From Rhizodiscina lignyota (lineage: Eukaryota), in contig ML978144.1 of assembly GCA_010015805.1 (NCBI GenBank), forward strand, positions 186,001 to 228,971: 42,971 nucleotides of DNA, in the 5' to 3' direction. Positions within the stretch are counted from its first letter, which is position 1. The number at the start of each line of letters is the position of its first letter. The notes beneath the pieces were generated by a model. That model did not search any database. It was not told where the DNA came from and was given only the letters and a program-made list of their open reading frames with translations. Made by a program: the position numbers and the translations under genes. This document shows, piece by piece, positions 11,739 through 22,790 of the stretch.

Positions 11739-11758
11739 AAGCGGCGGATCCGCCGCTT
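11739..11758. repeat. Perfect 20-bp palindrome AAGCGGCGGATCCGCCGCTT
   Basis: Exactly self-complementary and close to the midpoint of the TIR element. Confidence 0.9.
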
Positions 11759-12343
11759 TCTCTCGGATTTTTGAATTGTTTGTTGGGAGAGAAGAATACT
11801 GTAAGTGATCATTATTCAACAACCCTTCTTTCTCCTCAAGACTTGAAGATATCCTCAATGCTACCATGAAAAGTTCTGTGGAGAGAGCGGAGTGAATGTG
11901 TCACGTGAGTTTTGAGATTCAAGATTAATAAAACTGGCAGCCATTAATGTTCGATTTCTTTAATTCTTTAAGGCTATCTAATAAAGGCACTGGAGAGCCT
12001 GCAAACAGTGAGTCTGATTGCCTAGTCAAGTAGTTGTGGCGTGTAGTGAGGTTCCACTGCCTTTAAAGTTGGGATCATCACGATCAACATAGGAAGAGTA
12101 CAGATGGAGTTGTTCAAAATCCGCTCCTATGGCAGTATTTCCACTGCCAGCGTCCAATGAAGAATTAAACACAATATCCGTATGATACAATGAAATGGTG
12201 GTTCCAGCACGAACAAGGTGCCCAGGAACCCCAGATTGTGCCCCATTTCCGGTTTCTGGTCCATGGAAAGGACTTTCTATACAAGATACCAAGAAAACGC
12301 CGTGCCCATGCCACGCTACAAAATGCATTGACAAACAACAGGT

Positions 12344-13519
12344 CTAGACCTCATGCTCCCGCTGTGGTCTTCCCCGGTTTAGAAGCTCGTATCCCTCCGC
12401 AGCTGCCTCGTTCAAAAACGGTATTCGTTTCGTAAAGTTGAAGGCGTGTGCGCCGGCAGTCGAGCGGTAGCGCAGAAAGCGCTTGTAAATGCTCCAGGCG
12501 CTGAAGAAGACGACGCCTGCGATGAAGAAGCCGAGGATGAGGAGGAAAACCCAGTGGTCGCGCATCTGGTTTCTGTGTATTAGTATGATTTCTTGCCAAG
12601 AAAGTTAAGAGAATGTGGAGCAACTTACCCAAAGGATCATCTTCACATCTCCCTGGTGCCAACTGTTCCCCAAGTGATGTGTGAAGAAGCTCCAGCTATT
12701 TCCGACGTACTCGTCCGGCATGAGCACCCTCACTCTCTCCATCTCAAGCTCTTCTCGCGTCCTTGGAACTGTACTGCCCCCAATAAAACCCATTCCACTT
12801 ATTTTGTTGAATCCATCACTCACCCGGCTCACAAGACCAGCGCCCAAATCAACGTTGTAGTGTCTCCAAATGATGCTCAAGAACAACGGTCCTGTGCTCC
12901 CCATTACGGTGATGTACGGCAGCATCCAATGCTTATCGTATCTCGGCAGCGCATCAATGACTCTCAAGAAGAATGGGTGGTGTGGCACTGCGCCCATGGC
13001 ATCGTTGCTAATACCCGTCGGCACCGTCCTCCTCAACCACGCCGGGTACGTCAGCAGCGGATCCAATCTCCTATTGCATCCATCGTCCAGGTCGAGGTAA
13101 ATGCCGCCAAAGTGTGCGAGGACAAAATACCTTATCGCATCGGCGCGCTGAATCGGGTACGTGTATCCATCAAAGGTCTCTAGAAACCATGGGTACTCCT
13201 GCGCAATGAAGTCGCGCGCCTTCTTGTCCGTCCACAGGTTGTACTCCCAATCCTTGTGCAGTGCGAGGCAGCTCTGGCGCGCCTCCTCCCAATGCGGCGG
13301 GATGGACTCGTTGACGTAGGTCTGGTGGATGATGCGGGGGATCAACTCTTTGCGGTCGCCAGTGGGTGAAGAGGACGCGGGGCCGGGCAGCTCCGCGCGA
13401 GAGATGGCGTCGGCAGAGCCATCGACGACGAGGAGGGAGAGGAGGGTCCAGACGGAGGAGACGAGGTAGATGACGATGGCGACGTTGATGAGCAGGAAGA
13501 TTGCCACGGAGCGCCGCAT
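12344..13519 (-). CDS. SUR1: Mannosyl-inositolphosphorylceramide synthase catalytic subunit (GT32, Sur1/Csh1 type), ~370 aa; exons 13519-12629 and 12565-12344
   Basis: N-terminal TM helix, 'IPRIIHQTY', 'YPIQRADAIRYFVL', DxD motif 'GGIYLDLD', 'TGISNDAMG', 'STGPLFLS' and a C-terminal TM helix. Intron 12566-12628 (GTAAGT, ACTAAT, CAG). Confidence 0.93.
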
Positions 13520-14779
13520 TGTGGCGGTCGGGGGAAGTCAATTGGGCCGAAGGGAGATCGAAGTGTAAGGAGTAGGGTCGAAAGGCGAGAAGGTAAGATG
13601 GGAGAAGTGTATTTCACGGGTCGTGGGTGAAATGTCGAGGGAGCGAATCGATTAGGGGTGGAAGATGAGGACACGCGCGCAGCCGGTCAGTAGGCTGTCA
13701 TTCGGATCACGATGCGCGGCGGCGTAGGGGATGCCTCGACGTCCTCGAAAAGGCGGGAAATGCAATATCGCAAAAGTCGTATTATGGGAAAAGAAAGGAA
13801 GGGGAAGGAAGAAGATAAGCGTGGTGTGGTCAAAGGAGCGTGGTGGGTGGTGAAGGAGACGGCAGCAGCGAAGGATGGAACGAGACGACGGGGCAGCGCG
13901 AGGCTAAAACGAGGCCTCCCGCACGTGTGGCCAACGACCGCAGCCTTGCACCGGCGCCAAGGGCTGGTAGGGGTACGCCTGTACCCGATTGGCGGTACCC
14001 ATACGCATCCATGGCACAACCCGCTCATCTCCATCAGACGTGCATGCACTGCCGCGCTGGAGCCACGCGTTGCACCGCTTTCCTGCCCACAAATTTCCTT
14101 TTGCTTGCGGGGATCATCTTGCAAGTCGTCGCAATATGCGCCGCATCTGGATCGCTAACTCGACTTCACTGCTAGTTTCCCCTTCCCGCCTTGCCCAAGA
14201 CGTCATTGTCCGAATTCCGCAAAACGCTGTCCAGGTTGGACGGTTTTGCTGTATTTCTCGCGACATGGCCGTACAAGGCTTTAATTCCCACTGCAATGAT
14301 GACCGCCACTCAGTGGATTACGATATTCCAAGATAAGCCCGCCATCTAGATGGCCAGATGATCATGTCTTACATTTCTTCCACTTACAAGGCACCAGTAT
14401 ATACACAAATTCGCTTTCCGATACGCCCGTATACTCGCTCGAGTCCTAGTCTCGCGCTCTATCCATATGCACGATTACGATACCGTGTTCTCCAGCCGAG
14501 GGTGACAAAACAGTGGAGTCCCACAAAGACTGAAATGCGAGCAGTAGAAACGAGCTTCCTCTTCAATGCTAGCGAGAACATCTTTGAATGCTTGATGAGA
14601 TACGCCCTGGACTTCATTGAACAGTGGTGCACCGCTTGAAACCCCCTACGCTATATCCACTGGAAGAGGACGACCTTGGAGTCTGTATCGCGGCCTCTTA
14701 TTAGCCGTCTCGTACCTGCGGCCGCTGCTCTTCCCGTATGGCTCCACACTTGTCTTTCCTTCTTGGATGTCTCGAAAGT

Positions 14780-15200
14780 GACAAAGTAGCTGGCTGACGG
14801 GCAAGCTGTAACGCTCAAGAACGAGTGGATCCTGCTCTTCAACGCGAATGAGAGTATCTCTTGAAGGTCTGTTCTGCGCTCCTTCGAGTGTATATCGCTG
14901 GAGCCAGTCAAGCAAACTGTAACCTCTAAGAACTAATAGCTCTTGCTCTTCTAGGTTTCCGAGAGCATCTCTGAAGGTTTAGTTCTTATCCCTTCGAGCG
15001 TATATCACTATGACCAGCCGGGCAAACTGTAACACCTAAGAATTAGTAGTTCTTACTCTTCAAGACCGGCGAGCGCATCTCTGAACGCTCAGTTCCTTGT
15101 TTCTGCAAGTGTATATCACTTGTCTTGCCGGGCGAGCTGTAACGTCTAAGAACTAGTAGTTCTTACTCTCCAAGGCCGATGAGAGCATCTTTGAAAGTTC
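14780..15200 (-). repeat. Tandem array A: ~4 diverged units of 110-111 bp, probably a decayed 37-aa repeat ORF on the minus strand
   Basis: CTGTAAC recurs at 14806, 14917, 15027 and 15137; GTATATC at 14890, 15000 and 15111. Minus-strand units read DALxxLEE(Q/*)ELLVLRxYSLP..YTLEG, with synonymous differences between units and stops at CAA/CAG/CGA-equivalent sites. Confidence 0.8.
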
Positions 15201-15360
15201 TGTTGAAAGCTCCATTCTCTGTTCTTCCGAGTATACGTCTGCAGCACAAAAAACAAAGAAAGGAAGAACCCGCAATCATAACTCAATGGCATCCTGCTCA
15301 GGATGTGAAGGGGGACCGATGTTAGAAGGTTTTAGGGTCATATATATACGCCTCTTTAAC

Positions 15361-15383
15361 GTCTGAACATTAGATGTTCAGAC
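15361..15383. repeat. Inverted repeat GTCTGAACAT-TAG-ATGTTCAGAC between the two tandem arrays
   Basis: Perfect 10-bp stem with a 3-nt spacer. TATATATA lies just upstream at ~15341. Confidence 0.85.
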
Positions 15384-15488
15384 ATTGTTACCTTTTTGGT
15401 GGTCTATGCAGCTAGCGCGTAGGATCAAACAGAAGGTTTAGGCCTTACTAGTATGTCTCCATCTCTAAAACTTAGCACTACGTTCTCT

Positions 15489-15920
15489 GGTGCATAGAGG
15501 CGTGTAGTAAGAGCATCTTTGAAAGATCACGTCTATGCTTTGTAGAGTTTCTACTTGCGGCCTGCACACATTAATCAAGTACACTGACCAAGCTCCTTGC
15601 CTGTGTATAGAAGTCGACCTGTACTTCGATATACATCGGCGGCTTAACATGTTGTCTGCCTATGTAGATTAAGTATTGCTTCGATATAATACGCTCACCG
15701 AGATCCTACCCTGTGCGTGGAGGTTGAGCTTTGATTCAATATACACCGGCGGCTTAACATATCGTCTGCCTACTTCGATTGAGTATTGCTTCGATTTAAT
15801 ACACTCACCGAGATCCTGATCTGTGCATAGAGGTTGGGCTTTAATTCGATATATAAGTGCAGCTCAACTTATCCTTTGCACACATAGACCGAGCCTTGCC
15901 CCTATTTCTATCACACTCGA
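15489..15920. repeat. Tandem array B: 110-bp period, two well-conserved and two degenerate units
   Basis: Units start with CTGTG at 15601, 15711 and 15821. AGTATTGCTTCGAT occurs at 15672 and 15782, and CTCACCGAGATCCT at 15694 and 15804. Confidence 0.85.
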
Positions 15921-16232
15921 CGACGCACTCTTAGAACTGGCGTAAGTTACCGCATTGAACCATTTCTCAGCTATATTGCACGTGAGTAGCACCAACGAAA
16001 ATAGATATGATATCATTCACATTGCAATTGAACTTATGTTTGACTTGGAAACTTTTGTGTCATTCCTCTGCCTCCGGAGCCACGGGCGTTGGCTCGCGCC
16101 AACGCCCGCGTCTCTACGGCCTAGCTACAAACAAATGAACCTGGAGCTTCGGACGTTGGCATGCGAGCCAACGTCCGCCTCTCAACAGGTTGTCTAGACA
16201 GAAAAAAAAAGGAAGAAGAAGAGAATCGGCAA

Positions 16233-19200
16233 TCACAACTCGATTGCGTCCTGCACCGAGTTGCCCGCCAATTTGAGCGCCTCGACGTCCCACTCCTCCT
16301 CCTCACTCTCCTCCCACTCCTCGGACGCCTCCTCGTCAGTCATCTCCACATCCTCCTGCACCTCCTCCACCACCTCCTCCTTCACGACCTTCTCTGCCGC
16401 GGCCTTCTCAGCCTCGCGCTGAGCCTTAGTCTTGCCATAATCCTCTCGCTTCACGAAGAGGGACTCTCTGCTCCAGAACTTGGGCACGCTTCTCGTGCTC
16501 GATCCACCACTCACGCCGAAGTTGGTGGGGTTGTACGCGCCCTGGCTGGCGCCGAGTGGCCGATAAGGCTGCTGCTGCGCGGTACCGTTGCCCTCGTTCG
16601 AGCCTCCAGAGTGGCGGAATCCGTTGCTTGACGAGTTTGACAGTCGACGCGCCTCTTCCCGCATGTGTGCGGTCTCTTTCCGATAGAAGGCAATGCTATC
16701 GTCCATCATGTCGCGCACCTTGCGCAACCTCGCAAACAGCTCCTCGTCTTGTGCCGCCTCGTCGTTGCGACGCTTGCCATTCGTCGATGGCGATTGGCTC
16801 GCCGAGCCCCGATCGTTGTATGGATGGCGACGCTTAGATGCTGGTGGCGACATTTCGTTCGTCGCGCCTTCTTGCGCTTGATCGTCCTCGTCATCCCGTC
16901 CGCGCTTCTCGCCGCTCAGCTTGCGCTTGTGAGCCTTGTCAGAATCGTCGGGCGGTGTGATGCCCATTGCCTTGAGGCGGAAATAATTCGTCCTCGTGGT
17001 GTTCGTCGTAGCGTTCAGCGAGAGAGCAGAGTTGCGCGAGAGAGCATCGCTGAATCGAGGTGCTGATGCGCCCATCATGCTGCGACCGAGGGCCTGCGAC
17101 GTTGACTGTGTTGACGACTTCGGTGTGCGTGTCGACGCTCTCTTTGCTGACGTGCCGGATTCCGTCTTTCCATTCACGTGGGCTCCGACCATCTCTTCTG
17201 TCATTGGTCCATCCACGACAAGTCCTTCTGATGGAACACCTTGGTTGACTCCCTTTTGCTTCCCTTTCGACTTCGCTCCGAACGGAAGCCCATTCTTGAA
17301 ATTCGCCAGTTGGCCAGTGATTCCCAACTTGTTCCTCTCTACCCTCCTTTGAACTCTGGCTTCTCTCCTTGCTGCACGTTGTGCTCTCTTCGCCTTGCTC
17401 TCTCGTTTCTTTCGACAAAGACGTGTCACTTCCTTCCAGTGAGAGCCATATCGGGTATAGAGTGTGCGGGTACGGAACTTGTCTGCAGTTGGTGAATGTT
17501 AGCAATAGTATTGAATTAAAATAAAGACGACACCACATGGAGTTTTGAGGCTGAGTGAAAAGGACATACCAGCTTCCTCCCGGTCGTTCTCGGCGTTCAT
17601 TTCTGATATGGTTTCCTTGGTCATTTGAGATGCCATTGATTCGATGAGGTCGTACAGCAATCCTCCTTGTTCGGGGACCATCAATAGATCGTGTACAGCT
17701 TTGTCGAGGAGCTTGTCCTTGCGCTCTTCTTGTGAGACGCGCGTGACTTCCAAGGGGAGAGCAGGCTGTGGTGCGAATGTATTCGATGCTGGAGGCTTTG
17801 GAGCCTCGGAGGTCTGCTGAGACGTCCCGAACACATTCGATGTTGGAAGCTTTGGGGCGTCAGAGGCCTGTTGAGGTGCACCGAACACATTCGATGTTGG
17901 GAGCTTTGGGGCATCAGAGGCCTGCTGAGGTGTACCGAACACAATTGATGTTGGAAGCTTTGGGGCGTCAGAGGCCTGTTGAGGTGCACTGAACACATCC
18001 GATGTTGGGAGCTTTGGAGCGTCAGAGGTCTGCTGAGAGAAACCGAATGTATTCGATGCTGGAGGCTTTGGAGCCTCGGAGGTCTGCTGAGACGTCCCGA
18101 ACACAGTCGATATTGGAAGCTTTGGAGCCTCGGAGGTGTGCTTTGGTGCGGTAAATGGATTGAATGCTGGTGCCGCTGGTGCCTCGGCGGTCTGCTGAGA
18201 GAAACCGAATAGATTCGATGTCGGAAGCTTTAGAGCGTCAGAGGTCTGCTGAGGTGTACCGAACACAGTCGATGTTGGAAGCTTTGGAGCCTCGGGGGCC
18301 TGCTTCGGTGCGATGAATGGATTGAATGCTGGTGCCTCTGGAGCCTTGGCGGCCTGCTGAGAGAAACCGAATAGATTGGATGTTGGAAGCTTTGGAGCCT
18401 CGGAGGTCTGCTTCGGTGCGGTGAATGGATTGAATGCTGGTGCCTCTGAGACCTTCCGGGCTGGCAGAGAAGCTGGCTGTTGAGAGTTGGCCTGGGGGCC
18501 TTGGTGGATGTCTTTCAGAGGTGTCACTTCATCGTCCGACGATCCAGTAACGAACAAGGAGCGGTCACTCTTTGCCTTTTTGGGCGGTGGAGCTTGATCT
18601 GGCAGAATCAAACCTTTTTCGCGCGCTCTTTTGACGGGCATGCCAATTAGCACTGCTCGGAAAGTTCGCCCACCCCTCTTCGATTCGACCTTTTCAGAGA
18701 ACCACTGTGCTCTGAGGCCACTGGGTCGATGTCGTATGAAGCGACGAACAGAATTGAGGTCAAGATACTCCGTGCCATCGCTGGCAGTGGCGAATCGAAA
18801 TCCATGCTGTTGACAAAAGTCGTGGACATCCTCTTGACAATCGAAGCGAAGGGGTTCCAGTAAAGCTTCAGTGGTCCAGTCCTGTACATTGACCTGCCTG
18901 CCCTGTCGGAATCCCTTCCAAATAGAGCGCAGCGCCAATCTCCTCATGTTGTTGAAAATGATCTCAGCACAACAGCTCATGAGGTACGACATCTGAGCCG
19001 AGTCTACTATCTGCCAGAAGCGTGCCCAATCCTCTTGTCCATGTTCTTGGATCTTTGGTCGTTTTCTAGAAGGGCCTTTCTTGTCCAGACTATTGCTTGC
19101 CGCGTCGTAGAGCTTTAACGCGGTTTTGATTATGGGATCGTTAAGAAGATTGGATGGCAGGCTATGGATCTGGTCGTCGAGCAGCGGGTCGTGATTCATG

Positions 19201-20642
19201 ATGGCCAGGATGATATAGTATGCGCGAAACTCGGCTTCGTTTGCTGAGTGGTATTTGTTCTTGAAATCGGTATAGTACCGCATCAGCGAGTAAAGGGCCT
19301 TCATAAGTTGCTCCAGATCTTGTTGGTGCGAGTAGTCTTCTTCCCTAATTCCACGACGGGCCATTTGGTGGAGAGATAGAATATGGAATCGAACGATGCG
19401 TTCGAAGCAATCGATTGCGATTCGTACGTCATGCAACTTGGCGACTTGCTGGATAGAGAAGTCATTGCGGATAGCCCTGGTTCGGTCCCAGACGAAAGTC
19501 TGGACTTTTGCGAAGTCTGACTTGTCGATGACTTCATCGATGAGATAATTCACAGTGCGTTGTAGGACTTTAGGAGGGCGTAGGTCCGATGGCAGCTGCT
19601 CCTCTGATCCGGCTGCTGATCGGCGAAACTTCTTGACCATACGGCCCTCGTCCGCAACTATTTTGTTGTAGCCACGACCGGCTGTTCCTGGGACCTGCAC
19701 CAAGTCAATAAGTGTTTTGATGGAACGTGTTTCGACTTCGTGCTTGACGTACCGCTTCCGCAGCCCAAACATCTCTCTGAACAATTCTTCCCACGCGTTC
19801 TAATTCTGGGCACATGTCCTCACATATTCCCACGGGTTTTACGGCATCTTTTAGTGCACGGGGGTGATCTGGGTCGGCAACAATGCCCCTTCTCATAGCA
19901 TCTTTGTACTCGTGCTCGTGGAGGGCTCGGAGCTGTTGGAAGACAAACGGTTAGAGAGTCCTCATATAATGTGTAGAGAACTTGTCAGAAAGGGAGAGAG
20001 GAAATGGACACTTACAGCCTCCCATCTTTCTGCTACGTTTGCATTGCTTGCGACAGCAGCGCCATTCACTCGCTCCAGCTGAACATTGCCCAAGGCACGT
20101 TTTTGTCCTTCATTGCCTTGAGCAAAGTTTCCACGCGTCTCACGCGCCAGAGGACCTCCGGGGAGCTGTAAGAAGATGGGCCGTTCCTCCCAGGTGATTG
20201 GTGCATCATAAGCGCGAAATTTAGGTCCTGGAGGACCGTGTGATGAGTTGGGACGGTCGTCGGAGCGGACTCCTCCATTAGATGGATTGCGGCCTGGTCC
20301 TCCATCAACTAGACCAAAGCGCCTCGCACGCCTCACCATAGGATCTTCAGTTGGATCTATGGGAGCATTTCCTCCCGTCAGGTCGGCGAAAGTGAGAGGC
20401 TTATCCCGGGAAATGGAAGCGGACCAGTTCCCACGCGTCCCATTCGTCGCTTTAGGGCCTCCAGGGCCGCGTGATGAGTTGGACTGATCGTCGAAGCGGA
20501 CTTTCTTTTCGGACTTTGGACCAGCAGGAAATTGGGATGGTGGGTTGGAAGGTTGGTCGAAGCCACGTCGCCCTCCTCCTTTTCTTTTGTCTCCTCTCGC
20601 GCCACCTCTCGCCCCACGCCCACGAGCAGGCTGGGACGACAT
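16233..20642 (-). CDS. SAC3: SAC3/GANP-family mRNA export factor (TREX-2 scaffold), ~1393 aa; exons 20642-20016, 19932-19753, 19694-17570, 17482-16233
   Basis: Sac3 signatures: 'VGICEDMCPELER', 'MVKKFRRSAAG', 'QLPSDLRPP', 'FVWDRTRAIRNDFSIQQ', 'CFERIVRFHILSLH', 'NEAEFRAY'. Three canonical introns (19933-20015, 19695-19752, 17483-17569) all restore frame. Confidence 0.93.
17769..18443 (-). repeat. Coding minisatellite inside SAC3: ~10 x 54-bp (APKLPTSNVFGxxQQxSD) plus 3 x ~45-bp (APAFNPFTAPKQTSE) units
   Basis: GATGTTGGRAGCTTTGG recurs with a 54-bp period (17839, 17893, ...). The repeats are directly visible in the translation. Confidence 0.92.
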
Positions 20643-21423
20643 TGTCGTTGGGTGAAGTGGTGTTGTCAAGTTTGTGATATTCTCATCCGCGCCAGGCAGG
20701 TCGAGGGTTCGAAAATATTGGGTAGTTGAGGCCAGCAGTGGTTGGCGACGGTGGAAGATGGGTTTCGGAGGTTTTCGAAGGGTGTGGTGGTGTTCGTGGA
20801 AATTCTGAAGAAAGAACGCGAGCTCGAACTCAGAACGTCAGGAACAATGGTTATTGAAAGTGGCCCAAGCTCCCAGTCACGTGGGCGCGTTTGCGCGCCG
20901 ACCCTTGGCGTTTCCTGCCCCGCTCTACCGAATCGGGCGAGAAGCTTGCTCAGCCAGCCAATCACCGCCTCTGTCGACGCCACCACGTGCCGATGCTCGC
21001 GATCCAGCCACGCGGTTTAAAAGTTTAAATAGGCATGTGTTGGAAGCTGAAACATGCAATTTTGATGGGGGTTTTGATGGAAAACTCTGCACGATTGCGC
21101 GCTCGGACTCGGAGAATTAATCGCTGCGAAATATGTGCGGTCGTATGTACCAACACCGCCAATTGAAGCGTATTGGACATGGTGGAGGCGAGATACAAAT
21201 TTCTTCTACGGAGCATTCTTTTATTCTACCTTGCATCGGAGTAACATTTACTATATTCTTCTGCAATCGCATTGGTGCCGCGTTTAATCTGCATTCGAGG
21301 GCTTTCCTAACAAGCACTCTACGATGAAAAGAGTTCATGGAGGTCCTGGCGAAGAATGGAAACCCTCGTAATAAACCTTCATCTGAGTTTCTCACAAGTC
21401 GGTTTCCAGATTATATTCTAAGC

Positions 21424-22790
21424 TCACTTTGATACTGCTTCAATGATGCTTTCCGCCACCGTTTTCGTATAACAATGTACGCTCGTGATCTGCAATCCCG
21501 CTTGGTCCAACAGAGCCTCCCATTGGCTTCGGGTCCGCTCCTGAGCCGCTAGGGCGACCATCATTGTGAGGTCGTATTGCGTCGCGTGCCAATGAGCACC
21601 GATATCAGGGAGTACCATCTCATCAATCAAAATCATGGAGTCGGAAGTCATGCTTGCAATCAAATGCTTCAATATCAGAATGCATTTATCGTCAGACCAG
21701 TCATGGAGAACATTGCGTAGATAGTAGAATTTGGCGCCTAGTCGTCAAGTGTCAGCAAAATTTCATGGAGTAGACAGAGGTTCCAAACCTTGCACGGGCT
21801 GTGGATCGAAGAAATTGTGCGCAATTACTTCAATCGTCTCTGGCACATTAGCTTGTTCAACAACTTCCTTCAAATCCTGCAGCACGACACGTCCAGTCAG
21901 CTGTGGATGACTCTCTCGCAATGAAATGCATTGATGACCGATGCCGCCACCAACATCGACGAAAACGACTCGCTCCGAATCAACATCTTGGCTTTTGAGA
22001 GAAAATGGATAAGCATCTAGCCATGAGCGCTTTCCGGAGTGTGACACAGCCATGTAGTCGCTCATCCAGGCCATGTGCTGTGGATTCTGTTGCATCCACT
22101 GAAAAGTTGTGAGCTCTGTGTTCCAGCCTTGCTGATACGGAGTATGTTTGATGTCTGTGATCTCGCGGTAGCTATTTCTCTGTAAGAACGATGGCAATGC
22201 CTGGAACGCAGCGTTGACGTTTTCAAAACTACAATGCGGTATTAGTGTTGGGTTTTCCAAGCAATTACTTCAATGGCCGTGTACTTGTGCAGCACACCAG
22301 CGCGAACATCGACAGTGGCGAGATTCTGCGTCGCTTTAATGCAGCGGAATGTGTCGGGGCCTGCCTCTTGTATCATACCCATGGATGCCATATAGCGAAG
22401 AATTCGGCCTGCAGGAACTGGTCATTTGTTACGATTCCAATGTGATCCAGACTTCGACATACGCAAAAGCGGAGGTGCTGCGTTCACTTTCTCTGCGATT
22501 TCACCAGTTGTGAGAGGCTTTGAGCCTGCCGAGATGATCTCGAAGAGCTTCAACTCTATGCCGATCCGTATAACCGCCAACCGGAGATTCTAAAGGCGCA
22601 ATTAGATGGGGGTAATGTGCAGGAATTGCTTTCGAATAAGATAACTTACATAGTAGTTCACTCTTTCGAAAGTATCTTGGGGCCTTTCAATATCATACGC
22701 CAGATCTCGCAAGGAATCAAGTAACTGCTTTCGCTCAGATTCGTCTGCTGATTGAGCGACTCGTCGGACTGCTTCCGTCAAAGCCTCCAT
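21424..22790 (-). CDS. SAM-dependent O-methyltransferase (Methyltransf_2), ~381 aa; 5 exons
   Basis: Introns 22590-22649, 22409-22462, 22229-22284 and 21738-21788 restore one frame. Motifs: 'VFVDVGGGIGHQ', 'VVLQDL', 'HNFFDPQPVQGAKFYYLRNVLHDW', 'ILIDEMVLP', 'ERTRSQW'. Confidence 0.92.

Larger units (their letters stand above)
11497..12027. mobile_element. Candidate non-autonomous TIR element (MITE-like), 531 bp
   Basis: 11497-11535 (GACTGGGCAATCAGACTCACTGTTTGCAGGCTTCCCAGT) matches the reverse complement of 11989-12027 at 36 of 39 positions. No credible internal ORF and no clear target-site duplication. Confidence 0.65.

Noticed and set aside
8300..12030. Starship or autonomous transposon
   Set aside because: No recognisable DUF3435 tyrosine recombinase, DDE transposase or reverse transcriptase motifs, and no element boundaries beyond the small TIR pair.
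12026..12334. 102-aa minus-strand ORF
   Set aside because: It starts immediately after the SUR1 stop in the probable 3' UTR, has a TTG start and shows no motifs.
13687..14336. Several overlapping 60-148-aa ORFs
   Set aside because: These lie in the GC-rich SUR1 promoter/5' UTR, where stop codons are rare. There is no coding signature.
14341..14354. 14-bp palindrome GCCATCTAGATGGC
   Set aside because: Real but isolated, with no supporting context for a function.
14850..15200. Array A as 24-nt microexons with 86-nt introns (minus strand) or 45-nt exons with 65-nt introns (plus strand)
   Set aside because: Splice-like signals exist, but synonymous-type differences run through the supposed introns and the indels fall at different places in each unit. 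A decayed 111-bp coding repeat fits better.
14780..15920. CRISPR-like array
   Set aside because: Units are similar along their whole length with no unique spacers, there are no cas genes, and the context is eukaryotic.
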